The translations under genes were made by a program, and so were the position numbers. The notes beneath the pieces are model-generated. The model did no database searches. It had not been told where the DNA came from and saw only the letters and a list, made by a program, of their open reading frames with translations. A DNA stretch of 63,517 nucleotides, counting the filler, from Octopus bimaculoides (taxonomy: Eukaryota): NCBI RefSeq assembly GCF_001194135.2. It is 7 parts of 7 records of this genome, joined end to end, with 100 filler letters (N's around TTAATTAATTAA, not from the genome) between each part and the next. Parts side by side here need not be neighbours in the genome. Positions count along the whole stretch, not along the records: positions 21,460 to 37,079 come from NC_068985.1; positions 37,180 to 51,176 come from NC_068981.1; 5 more parts are not named here. One strand, written 5' to 3'. Positions 26,202 through 38,309 of this stretch are shown here, one piece after another. Every line of letters starts with the position of its first letter. Position 1 is the stretch's first letter.

Positions 26202-26336
26202 TATGAAGGATTAAAATTAATCAAAGGACATACTAAGTAATTTTAATCCTTCAGCTATTTAATGCTTTTTGGGGCCAGCAATCGCCTGGTCGTGTGGCAC
26301 ACCAGTATGCCGCAGCATACCGGTTGCAGAGTACTG
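26095..26336. mobile_element. hAT-type MITE with 8-bp TSD
   Basis: GCATAGGC duplicated at 26087-94 and 26337-44. Imperfect TIRs cagtggttcccaa / ttgcagagtactg. Confidence 0.75.
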
Positions 26337-26489
26337 GCATAGGCTCTGATTAAAAAAGATAGAAAGCAAGATGTATGGTACTTACACACGTATGTTGCAT
26401 GTTGTTTTTAATAAATTATGGAAACAGTATCTAATACAAAAAAGAGGTTTTATCGTTTGCATGTAACGTCTTCTAGTCATTAGTTTCCG

Positions 26490-26677
26490 GTCATACTGGG
26501 GCAGCATGACAGCAATTGAAGAATGTTTTTCAGTCGAATTAATCGACTTCAGTGCTTATTTTTTGTTTTCAAGTTTGGTACTTATTCTATTGGTTTCTGT
26601 TACCGAACCACTAAGTTACGGGGATGTAGACACACCAGCATCAGTTGTGAAGCGGTGGCAGGAGGCAAACACGCGCG

Positions 26678-26720
<43 letters not shown>

Positions 26721-26769
26721 ACCAACACACAGACACACTCACCCACACACACTCACACACACACACTCA

Positions 26770-26836
<67 letters not shown>

Positions 26837-27005
26837 TCACACACACACATACGACGAGCGACTTTCAATTTCTGTCTATCAAATTCACTCCCAAGGTTAT
26901 GGCTGGCCTGCGGCTATAGCAGAAGACACTTGCCCTAGGTACTGTGTGGTAGAACTGAACCCAGAACCATGTTGTTGGGAAGCAAGCTTCTTATCACACA
27001 GCCAT
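26490..27005 (-). mobile_element. Complete gap-free bipartite SINE family B with internal (CA)n
   Basis: Head 26852-27005, (CA)n 26685-26850 and tail 26490-26675 are all in minus orientation. Confidence 0.8.
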
Positions 27006-27199
27006 GACATGGAAGTATTCCCAACATAACTTCAATTATTCGAGAAGAGAGGACAAGATATTCTGGTTACTGCTATCATGAGTGAGTCCTTTTGTTGGTC
27101 TCAAGCCACGGGAAATCTCGTCTCGGACGATCCAGTATGACGTACATTAATTAACGTTCGCATGATATCGATTTATAGATAGATCTCAAAACTATCATG

Positions 27200-27620
27200 G
27201 TAGACGGTAACACTTGGAGAGAAAGAGTATATTTGGTCCGGGCAATCTACCCGAAACGATAGATAGATAAATCAGCTGTTGAGATTTATGTAATGTTATT
27301 TATGTATGAAAAATCCTGAAAGATCCTGGAAGATCATGCTCCAAGCATCGGTATTAGAGAAACCTTTAACGCAAGAACTGGTAGGTACTGTTAACTTCCG
27401 AACAAGGGCACTATACTGCAACAATCCGATATTTAGAGGCCCTCAAGTGTTTGACTGCCGACTTAAAGAAATGAGAAACATAAATAGAGCTTCTACTAAA
27501 ACATTCAAGAAATCGTTGGATGAACTCGTAACCAAATTACCGGACTAGCCAACCATACAAGACTGCATTCAATGAGGATCAGCTTCTACTAACATGATTA
27601 TAGGCCATCTACAGGCTATG
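27200..27620 (+). mobile_element. CR1/L2-group LINE 3-prime relic
   Basis: IFRGPQVFDCRLKEMRNINRASTKTFKKSLDELVTKLPD*P resembles the RGP.LFN.LP..IRN...FK..LD..L...PD.P terminus. Confidence 0.65.
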
Positions 27621-27959
27621 AAACATTAGCAAAAAATCAGAAATTATTGGTAATAAATAAACAAAAAATAAAGATAACTGGTGCTACAGCATGGCTGCAG
27701 TCCATTGCCTGATACCACTGAAAGAATTATGATGATTATGCTCTTGCCATATTTAGCTTCGTTTCTTTACTTTTTGATTTGACATCCACCCGGGTTCAAT
27801 TCAGCTTTACATCTATGGGTCGATAAAATATTATTGGTTAACTTACTGGCTAATGTAAGTCTAGTGTTGTGTTGCAATCTTTTTTATTTATGTTCCATGT
27901 TGTTCTATGTATTAGTCTATCCTTAGTTGTTTCCTGCAGCACATAAAGTTTTTGCTCAA

Positions 27960-28753
27960 TGGAAATTACTATCGTTTACTGTCTACTTGTTTCAGTCATT
28001 GGACTGCAGCCAGCCTAGAGCAACACCTTGAAAGTCTTAATTGAACAAATAGACCTCTGTACTTATTTCTTAAAAGCCTGGTATTTATTCCATTGGTCTC
28101 TTTTGACCAAACCGTTAAGTCACTTGAATTAAACAAACCAACACCAGTTGTCAAACGTTTGGCCAGAATTATATATATATATATATATATATATATTTCG
28201 TTTCGTTTTCGCGACGGATCCGGCGCCTTTCGTGGAAGCTTTCGCCCGCTTCTTAGGACCGACTGACCCGCGCTCGACCACCGTTGGCACGGAACCCTTC
28301 TCCACTTCGGTCTGGTTCAAAAAGCCACATCAGACGCCATGAAAGGGCTAAGGTGTAGGTGCAGGAGGTGGTCAAACTCTGTGTAAGGAGTAGACAACCA
28401 CCACATATATATATATANNNNNNNNNNNNNNNNNNNNNNNNNNNNNNNNNNNNNNNNNNNNNNNNNNNNNNNNNNNNNNNNNNNNNNNNNNNNNNNNNNN
28501 NNNNNNNNNNNNNNNNNNNNNNNNNNNNNNNNNNNNNNNNNNNNNNNNNNNNNNNNNNNNNNNNNNNNNNNNNNNNNNNNNNNNNNNNNNNNNNNNNNNN
28601 NNNNNNNNNNNNNNNNNNNNNNNNNNNNNNNNNNNNNNNNNNNNNNNNNNNNNNNNNNNNNNNNNNNNNNNNNNNNNNNNNNNNNNNNNNNNNNNNNNNN
28701 NNNNNNNNNNNNNNNNNNNNNNNNNNNNNNNNNNNNNNNNNNNNNNNNNNNNN

Positions 28754-28792
<39 letters not shown>

Positions 28793-28910
28793 TGACGGAT
28801 TCCTTTCAGTTTCCGTCTACGAAACCTACGCGTTTTTCGACCCGAGGCTAGAGTAGAAGACACTGGTCCAAGACGCCAGGCAGTGGGATTAATCCCGGAG
28901 CCATGACTTT
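27960..28910 (-). mobile_element. Bipartite SINE family B interrupted by a GC-rich insert and a gap
   Basis: Tail 27960-28165 and head 28790-28910, both minus. Confidence 0.7.
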
Positions 28911-28989
28911 AGACGTATAAAATTTAGGGAGAGATTACTAAGGGTTTCTAGCCTCAACTGGAAATACACTAAGAAGAAGCAATCCTTAA

Positions 28990-29870
28990 AATGTCGATGT
29001 GATACGGTGAAGACCTACATATGCTCTTACCTTATCCAAGAGTGCATCTGATGAGACTGCTCTTTCGTCTCTTATGGAAGGGTCGGGTTCTGTCTTTGGC
29101 AGATCTATCTGCTACTAAGAATCTGTGCGTGGAAGAATGGGGAATACAGTGGATAATTATGCGTAGGCATGCGATGAGGTCGCAACACGTGCAGTGTCTC
29201 CTTCAAATTAATCGTTGTAGCCATTACTTATTAACCACCAATTTTCCAGGTTCTATCTAGGACGGATCTGCAATTTTAAGACTAAAGCTTACCAAGATTG
29301 AGCAACTTGCATCTGAAAGGTTGTCAGTTTCTCTCATTCTCCTACCTGTTTCGAACAAGATCTTTAATCCTTGCTTTTTAAAAAAAGTTACAAGTGGGTG
29401 AGATCGACGAAGTCAAAGGGATAGTGTAGAGGTTGATCGATAATGACTCAGAAGTGTCTTCGATAGTTGTTCATTCACTGCCTTTAGTAATTATAGTCAA
29501 CTTGAAAAATTATTATTCTGGCTGAGCAACGGATGAGTTTTAGTAAGATACCAGCTCTGGATAAAGTCTACGAGCAAAGTATTACTAAGTCGTTTTACAT
29601 TTACCCGTTCAGTGTCCGAACATAGTCGACTCGTTAAAAACTAACTCTGGACTGGATAACAAATTCAATCTGAAACATTCTCAGGCTCTCATCACTAGAC
29701 AGACTGAAAAGAATAACTTTAATGTCTATAATTACCGAGGGTAAATACCAACAACTAATGTATACTTATGTACGCGAAGATACCATATTGAATCGGGATG
29801 CTATGCTCCACACATTCTCCTATTAAACAGTTCCATGAAAAACCTTTTAGACGTTACATTTTATCTCATG
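28990..29870 (+). mobile_element. Probable Tx1/L1-like LINE relic (post-RT region)
   Basis: YPRVHLMRLLFRLLWKGRV....WGIQWIIMRRHAMR resembles the LF.FLW.G....V.R.......GGLG.P motif. Heavily decayed. Confidence 0.4.
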
Positions 29871-29999
29871 AAAAATTTTCAGAAATCTCTAAAATATTCT
29901 TTCATCTCAACACACGATATGTTTTTTGACTTTCCATTATGATGAAAACAACGTTTGTATTTTGGTAGCCGGGGTGATGGTTGTGTGGTTGTGATGTTG

Positions 30000-30052
30000 T
30001 TGCTTGTAATTGTTGTTTGTGGTAGTAATAGTAGTAGTAGTAGTAGTAGTAG

Positions 30053-30089
<37 letters not shown>

Positions 30090-30090
30090 G
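30000..30090. repeat. (GTA)n(GTT)n trinucleotide repeat
   Basis: Direct reading. Confidence 0.95.
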
Positions 30091-31071
30091 CATAGTTGGT
30101 TTCTACTAGATCTGTATCTGTAGGTTTCATTGTTTAGAATGTTATGGAGCTGAATCTGAATCTGGAGCGAGAAGACTTTATCTAAATAATTCCATGTTGC
30201 GAAAGAGAAAGAGAGGGTAAAGAAAAAAGTGGAAAGAGATGGAAGGAGTGTGGGGGGGGGGGGNNNNNNNNNNNNNNNNNNNNNNNNNNNNNNNNNNNNN
30301 NNNNNNNNNNNNNNNNNNNNNNNNNNNNNNNNNNNNNNNNNNNNNNNNNNNNNNNNNNNNNNNNNNNNNNNNNNNNNNNNNNNNNNNNNNNNNNNNNNNN
30401 NNNNNNNNNNNNNNNNNNNNNNNNNNNNNNNNNNNNNNNNNNNNNNNNNNNNNNNNNNNNNNNNNNNNNNNNNNNNNNNNNNNNNNNNNNNNNNNNNNNN
30501 NNNNNNNNNNNNNNNNNNNNNNNNNNNNNNNNNNNNNNNNNNNNNNNNNNNNNNNNNNNNNNNNNNNNNNNNNNNNNNNNNNNNNNNNNNNNNNNNNNNN
30601 NNNNNNNNNNNNNNNNNNNNNNNNNNNNNNNNNNNNNNNNNNNNNNNNNNNNNNNNNNNNNNNNNNNNNNNNNNNNNNNNNNNNNNNNNNNNNNNNNNNN
30701 NNNNNNNNNNNNNNNNNNNNNNNNNNNNNNNNNNNNNNNNNNNNNNNNNNNNNNNNNNNNNNNNNNNNNNNNNNNNNNNNNNNNNNNNNNNNNNNNNNNN
30801 NNNNNNNNNNNNNNNNNNNNNNNNNNNNNNNNNNNNNNNNNNNNNNNNNNNNNNNNNNNNNNNNNNNNNNNNNNNNNNNNNNNNNNNNNNNNNNNNNNNN
30901 NNNNNNNNNNNNNNNNNNNNNNNNNNNNNNNNNNNNNNNNNNNNNNNNNNNNNNNNNNNNNNNNNNNNNNNNNNNNNNNNNNNNNNNNNNNNNNNNNNNN
31001 NNNNNNNNNNNNNNNNNNNNNNNNNNNNNNNNNNNNNNNNNNNNNNNNNNNNNNNNNNNNNNNNNNNNNNN

Positions 31072-31372
31072 CACCTAGAAAGTAACCCTCCGCGGCACAA
31101 GTCCGGGCAAATTGTTTATGGAAGACCAGCGTTCATTCATGCATACCAGACTCCACTTTCTACGCCACCGATGTTGTCCAAGGGAAAGGCAAAGGCTGGT
31201 ACAGCTCAGCACCAGTGACATCAGAACTCATTTCCACAGCTGAGTGAACTGCAGCAACGTGAAATACAAAGTGTCTTGCTCAAAAACATATCACACAGCC
31301 CGGTCCACGGATTGATCTCATAATTGCATGATTGTGAGCCCGACGCGCCAACCATTGAGCCGCGCACCTTCA
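31072..31372 (-). mobile_element. tRNA-derived SINE (family C-related head, distinct tail)
   Basis: The reverse complement has ggcgcggctcaatggttgcgcgtc head and ttgagcaagacactt.tatttcacgttgctgcagttcactcagctgtggaaatgagtt body. Confidence 0.75.
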
Positions 31373-31389
31373 CCATATATACACGTATG

Positions 31390-31428
<39 letters not shown>

Positions 31429-31784
31429 CTTGGCTTACGTTCTGCCGCTCTCGTGGAGCGTCAAGTGAACAGGGATCTCCAACCAGTACGATCATAAACC
31501 TTGTCACGATCTTGCCGGATGTGTTGGCTCAACTTAAGGGCTTTGCGTAACGTGACGTTGTATAATCTGTCACTTTTGAATCCTACATATGTCTCTCACC
31601 GAAATACTCATGAACCACCTTCTTCAAGCGGGCGAGGTGGGCACTGGAAAGCACTTTGCCAGGGCCTCAGAGCAGGGTTGTTTCATACATGTTTTTACTT
31701 TAGAGATTCATTTTTCAGACACTGTTGCAATCACTTCGTCATCTCAGGTCTCGATAACTTCCAATTTGTGTCACATTAAATTAG

Positions 31785-31935
31785 AGAGAGTTCAATTGCT
31801 ACCGAAGTAGACTTTGCCTTTCATCATTTTGGAGTCGATAAAGTAAGTACCAGTCGTGTACTGGGGATGATGTAATCGACTTACTCCGCCCCCGAAATTA
31901 CTGATCTTGTACCAAAATGTGAACGTGATATTAAA
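31785..31935 (-). mobile_element. SINE family A
   Basis: Contains gactttgcctttcatc...gtcgataaagtaagtaccag...ctggggatgatgtaatcgactt. This reads in the same direction as the + copies at 4241-4880, so the strand call is uncertain. Confidence 0.5.
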
Positions 31936-32332
31936 TTTGAAAGAGCAAAGATGTTCCAACTCGTCTGTAGCGGCATTTCCTTCATACTTAAACAGGTCAG
32001 GGGTTAATATATTACTTTTGTATAAGTCACACCTCGAAATTTCTGTTAAATTTTGATACAAAATTTTCCCCCTTCATAGTTTTAGCTTTACTTCGAGTGT
32101 AAGTCGAACCCCAGTTTTTTAAGTTACAATTAAGTATAAAATAGCGCAACATATACACGAGTAACTAGGATGCTTCATCCTGACCAGATGCTTTGTTCCT
32201 CTTATTCACAGAGACGATCTTTATGAAAGACAAGTTTAACGCACAAGTATACATTTCGCTACAATTTTACACCAGTTTTTTGAAGAAATTTATTCACTAA
32301 TCATTATGAAAATTAGTGTGGTAAGTAGCTAT

Positions 32333-32796
32333 AGGCGTAGGAGTGGCTGTGTGGTAAGTAGCTTGCTTACCAACTACATGGTTCAGGGTTCATTCTCGCT
32401 GCGTGGCACCTTGGGCAAGTGTCTTCCACTATAGCCTCGGGCCGACCAAAGCCATGTGAGTGGATTTGGTAGACGGAAACTGAAAGAAGCCCGTCGCATA
32501 TATATGTATATATGTATATATGGGCAACTCTGTATACGATTCTGATGATTGCGGTTACATTACAAATCATGCTGAAGAGGAATAGACAAATGGTAAGAAT
32601 TTGTTAAATCCGAAACCGGTTCCTGTTTAAGAATGCTTTTTTAGGTGATTTTAGATGTCTTGCCCGCTCACGTTTTGGTATGCTGCTATATTTTATGTTG
32701 AGAACAATTTAGGTCTTAATNNNNNNNNNNNNNNNNNNNNNNNNNNNNNNNNNNNNNNNNNNNNNNNNNNNNNNNNNNNNNNNNNNNNNNNNNNNN

Positions 32797-32827
<31 letters not shown>

Positions 32828-33060
32828 ATATGTTTGTGTGTCTGTGTTTGTCCCCCCAGCATCGCTTGACAACCGATGGTAGTGTGTTTACGTCCCCGTA
32901 ACTTAGCGGTTTGGCAAAAGAGACCGATAGAATAAGTACTAGGCTTACAAAGAATAAGTCCTGAGGTCGATTTGCTCGAATAAAAGTCGGTGTTCCAGCA
33001 TGGCCGTAGTCAAATGACTGAAACAAGTAAAAGAGTAAAAGAGTAAAAAAGTAAAAGAGT
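32333..33060 (+). mobile_element. Bipartite SINE family B (head 32333-32500, tail 32830-33060 ending in (aagagtaa)n)
   Basis: Collinear halves around a TA tract, intervening unique sequence and a gap. Confidence 0.8.
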
Positions 33061-35065
33061 ATCACCATTTTAAACATTTTAGGTGTAACTTTGAACCTCA
33101 AAAATTCTCTAAACTGCTCATCCAGTAGAGTAAACTTTATGTAACATTTACAAACATTTAAACCACTCCTAACCAACCAGCCTTGTGTTTACTAAATAAA
33201 TCTTCACTAATGACGTTCTTCGCTCTAATGCTTTCAAAGAGAAAACTTAACATACTGAAAACACCACCAGAACAAGATGCACCTACAGAAACAGAAAAGT
33301 AAACACCATCTGTTCCAGCCTTGCGTTCATTTTACTCATTATTACGCAAATATCAAATGTATTTTTAGCCTATTAAGAAAACACCTCCTCCCATAGCATA
33401 AATACTGCAAGTTTTTTAACAAAACACCATTAAAATTTCATATTTAACGGTAGTTATTTTGCCTGAAACATTGCTTTTTTTGTCAACTAGATTAAATATA
33501 CCCCAACTTCTAACAAAACTAACATAAATAAGTATATTTATAATACTCATAATAACTGACCCCCATATAATTCAGATATCCAATTAAATATATTTTATAG
33601 CAAATCATAAAGAAAAGAGATACTTACCTAAAATACACATCGGTATCAACTCTATTCTATTCAAGGTCCAATATCAACGGAATACCCATACATTGCAAGT
33701 GTCGAATTAAAAGAACGACATTTCATTCACGAAATATATTCGTGATTTGAATACACAAAATACGCAGTGTGTGTATGTGTGTTTGTGTGTGTGTTTATTA
33801 ACAGCTTTGAACATGCAAAATCTTTTATATTTTATGCATCCCTACATACACACACATACATACGCACACACACACACGCACATATGTATATATATATTTA
33901 TATACGCACACATAGGCACAGAGAACACACATATACACAGATATATTATTGAAATTACATAGTTATGTTGCGACTCGAGTTTTGTGCAGCTGCGATCTTC
34001 AGGTGAGAACGCAATGATGCGAAACTCGAATCATTACATTAAAATTCATTTTTAATAAACCATATACTTTACAACATGTTTTGAGCACTCCTCATTCACT
34101 CACCATATTACAAAACCAAAACGCTGACTCATTCACACGCACGCACACGCGTGTGCAAGCACATAACATATATATAACGGTATTTGTAAAATAACATTCA
34201 GTATATGTGCTTTAACATGCATTTACAATAAGGGTGATATAATTTCAATTCATGCAAATGCTTCAGTACAATCTCCACTCCCGATTTTCGATTATACCCA
34301 TACGCACACACATACAAACGCGCGCACACGTGTATATGTACGTATAAGAATAAGTATATATATATATATATATATATATATCATTCGCCATGATTGATCG
34401 TTAGCCACTATATATATATAGTGTATATGTGTATAGTGTATATATATGTATATGTGTGTGTGTGTATCAGTATGCATGTATATGTGTGTGTTTGTGTATG
34501 TGTATTTATGTATGCATGTACGCTCTCACACATTGATTGGTATGTGTTGTCCAACCCACTATCCGGCAGCGTCCAATTCTCTAACGGTTTTTTTCAAATG
34601 AATCAAGTCATAACCTTATCCATCTATTGTCTTCATAATCGGTCATNNNNNNNNNNNNNNNNNNNNNNNNNNNNNNNNNNNNNNNNNNNNNNNNNNNNNN
34701 NNNNNNNNNNNNNNNNNNNNNNNNNNNNNNNNNNNNNNNNNNNNNNNNNNNNNNNNNNNNNNNNNNNNNNNNNNNNNNNNNNNNNNNNNNNNNNNNNNNN
34801 NNNNNNNNNNNNNNNNNNNNNNNNNNNNNNNNNNNNNNNNNNNNNNNNNNNNNNNNNNNNNNNNNNNNNNNNNNNNNNNNNNNNNNNNNNNNNNNNNNNN
34901 NNNNNNNNNNNNNNNNNNNNNNNNNNNNNNNNNNNNNNNNNNNNNNNNNNNNNNNNNNNNNNNNNNNNNNNNNNNNNNNNNNNNNNNNNNNTATATATAT
35001 ATATATAATATTATGCATATTATAGAATACCGTGATATTACTTCAATGTTTTTACCTCCGTGTAT

Positions 35066-35096
<31 letters not shown>

Positions 35097-35466
35097 AACA
35101 TGTATGTATGTATTCATCGATACATGCATCTACACCTTTACTATGATGTATACAGCTCAGATATTTATGTCTTGTATAGTTATTCACAAATCCTTAATGT
35201 GCACACGGTTCTGATGGGCACATATTTAACTCTGTTTGATTCTTGGTATATACAACTTTGGATATTTACATATCAACTTGAATAGAATTTGAACTCCATT
35301 AAAATTATATTTCCTTTATTAAAACATTCTGTATATGTTTAGGTATGTGTGCATATGTTGCTTTGTTGCTGTCTGTGTGTTTCGGTATATATATCAAATA
35401 TATTATACATATATGACATATAGAAATATAAATGTGCATCATACATACATGCACACACACACGTAC

Positions 35467-35527
<61 letters not shown>

Positions 35528-35937
35528 TATATATATATACATGTATATAGATATATATATGCAGAGAAAGAGAGCAAGAGGGAGAGACAGTCAGAGTGAG
35601 ATATGTGTGTGTGTGCGTGTATGTGAGTGTGCGTGCGTGTGTGTGCTTACTTGCGCATGTGTTTATATGTGCATATGCATATCTAGTTATATATGTATTT
35701 ATGTATCCTGGCCTTTAGGGAAATTTGTATGTAACTACGCACTGGTAGAGATTGACAAGACGAGAGAAATAGACAGAGAGAGAGTGTGTGAGAGAGTGAG
35801 CGAGAGAGAGAGAGACAGAGACAGAAAAGGCAGAGACAGAGACAAGGGTGAGGAATGGTATGACGAAGACAGGTACATGTTATATTATGGTACAAGAATC
35901 ATGTCATGTTACATACATATGCTTCAGTCTTCTCTGG

Positions 35938-35968
<31 letters not shown>

Positions 35969-36249
35969 TGTGTATGTGTGTGTTCTACAGATGCTTCGGG
36001 CTTAATTTTATATTCACCAGCATACATATGCATCCACTCATACATGTAAGTTTGCTGACAACACACATATGCGTAATGTTTATTTATAATATTCAATATT
36101 TTATTCATGTGTATATTTATACAGACACACTATAAGCAGACACACACGACACTTTTGAAATTAGGTTTCAAAAATATACGAACATATAAATATATGCAAA
36201 CCCACATATATTCAACCATACATACATATACATATCGACATATCTATAG

Positions 36250-36333
<84 letters not shown>

Positions 36334-36894
36334 TACATATGTAAATGTATGAATATATGCATAAATATGTATATACATATACATGTATGTGTGTGTGTAT
36401 ATTTATATATATATACATACATACACACACACGAGTACATACAGGCTTATATATACACACGTTCTCAAAGGAAAATAAGTATTTATCTTCATACGGGTAA
36501 AAGTATAAAGGAAACAAAAGAAATTGAAAATGAACTTGGCGTTTTTAGCAAGTTTTACTTACATCTACTTAGCTGGTGTCACGATTTCATGACGTTCGAA
36601 AGTAGCGAGAGGTAGAAGTATCTAGAGCTGTGCCGTTTTTGTCTCGACTCTAAGTGAGGTTTGCAAATTTGCTTCTATTTATTGGCGTAAATTTTCATCA
36701 GCCGAAATACATTTTGGTTAGGTGAAACCGATCATACACTCAGTGGATCGTGTGATTCTAAGTATAATAGTTACAACAAAAATGAAGATTGCGTTAGTCA
36801 TGTGAATGTGCCTTGTAATGGCATGGATAAAACTCACGGGTTAAGTTCTCGCTTCTGATCATGCGACAGTATGTACATGTGAAACTGGAAGTAG

Positions 36895-37052
36895 CACCCG
36901 TGCTGTGTAGTAAGTAGCTGACTTACTAGCCACATGATTCCGAGTTCAGTTCCACTGCGTGGCACCTTGGGCAAGTGTCTTCAACTATAGCCTCGGGCCG
37001 ATCAAAGCCTTGTGAGTGGATTTGGTAGACGGAAACTGAAAGAAGCTCGTCG
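36895..37052 (+). mobile_element. SINE family B head
   Basis: gtggcaccttgggcaagtgtctt...gagtggatttggtagacggaaactgaaagaagc. Confidence 0.9.
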
Positions 37053-37079
37053 TATATATGTATATATATATATATATAT

Positions 37080-37179
37080 NNNNNNNNNNNNNNNNNNNNN
37101 NNNNNNNNNNNNNNNNNNNNNNNTTAATTAATTAANNNNNNNNNNNNNNNNNNNNNNNNNNNNNNNNNNNNNNNNNNNN
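37080..37179. other. Artificial scaffold join
   Basis: 44N-TTAATTAATTAA-44N. Confidence 0.95.
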
Positions 37180-37224
<45 letters not shown>

Positions 37225-37231
37225 CATATAT

Positions 37232-37395
37232 ATGATGGGCTTCTTTCAGTTTCAGTCTACCAAATCCACTCACAAGGCTTTGGTCGGCCCGAGGCTATAA
37301 TAGAAGACACTTGCTCAAGGTGCCATGCAGTGGGACTTTACCCAGAACCATGTGGTTGGTAAGCAAGCTACTTACCACATAGCCACTTCTGCACC
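37232..37395 (-). mobile_element. SINE family B head
   Basis: Near-perfect reverse complement of 36895-37052. Confidence 0.9.
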
Positions 37396-37464
37396 TATTA
37401 AAACTTAAGGTCTCATAGTTTACAACTTCTTAAAAAGAACATTTTAGAAAAGTAAGTTCTGGAT

Positions 37465-37700
37465 ATAATCATCATCATTATCATTTAATATCCATTTTTC
37501 ATGCTGGTTTAGGTTGGGCAGTTTGACATGACATGATTCAACAAGCTGCAGAGCTGCATCAGGCCCGAATCCCAGCTTTGGTATGGTTTCTATGGCTGGA
37601 TCCTTCCTAACACCCACACACTTTACTGTGTGTACTGAGTACTTTTTACATGACACCAGCACTAGTAAGGTCACCAAATAAGCTGCAAAACAAAGGAAAA
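37465..37700 (-). mobile_element. Degenerate family D retroposon
   Basis: catcatcatt...ccatttttcatgctgg...ggctggatccttcctaacacc. Confidence 0.6.
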
Positions 37701-38181
37701 ATCTCCCTCAATCGAGTGGGAGTGTATTTAAGAGAAGGAGAGATGGCTTTATGCCAGGTTTTAAAGGCTTAAGTATGATAGACAAATAGTCTAGAGGAGA
37801 TACATGGCTGGACAGGATGATCATAGCTAGATAGCTAGAGTACTTTTATCATGAAACTGTCTACAATCAGAGCTTGACTAATTTTAAGGGATTTTTCTTG
37901 CTTTTTTTTTAATGAAAATTGATAATAATCAGAAAGACCCCCAGGTTTATACCAGAGGTAAAGAGAATAGGAGATTGTGACATTTATGCCTTTCTCAAGA
38001 ATATTAACATTTCAGGAAATGATATTGTTAGCTTTTACCTTTGCTAAAATATTGATTTTTGTACATGTGATTTAGAATTATGATTGAGAATGAAGAATAT
38101 TTGGAGTAAGTTGTAATCTTTCAAGTTTTTTTTACACAGTATTAACATTTCAGAGAATAAATGTATGTAGTTTTTCACAAA

Positions 38182-38259
38182 CAGGGTAGGCCAAAAGTTG
38201 CACCATCATTTAAAGTATAAGTATGTATTAAATGGTAGTGTGACTTTTGACCCACCTTG
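38182..38259. mobile_element. 78-bp Tc1-type mini-MITE
   Basis: TIRs cagggtaggccaaaagttgcacca / tagtgtgacttttgacccaccttg, with TA on the right flank. Confidence 0.6.
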
Positions 38260-38309
38260 TATAAGTGTCATATATATGAGGCCTCACAGAACTGTTATTA
38301 TAGATATAA

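Noticed and set aside
36895-37395. Inverted SINE pair as a dsRNA/editing substrate
   Set aside because: The two copies lie on either side of an artificial join, so spacing and orientation are unverified.
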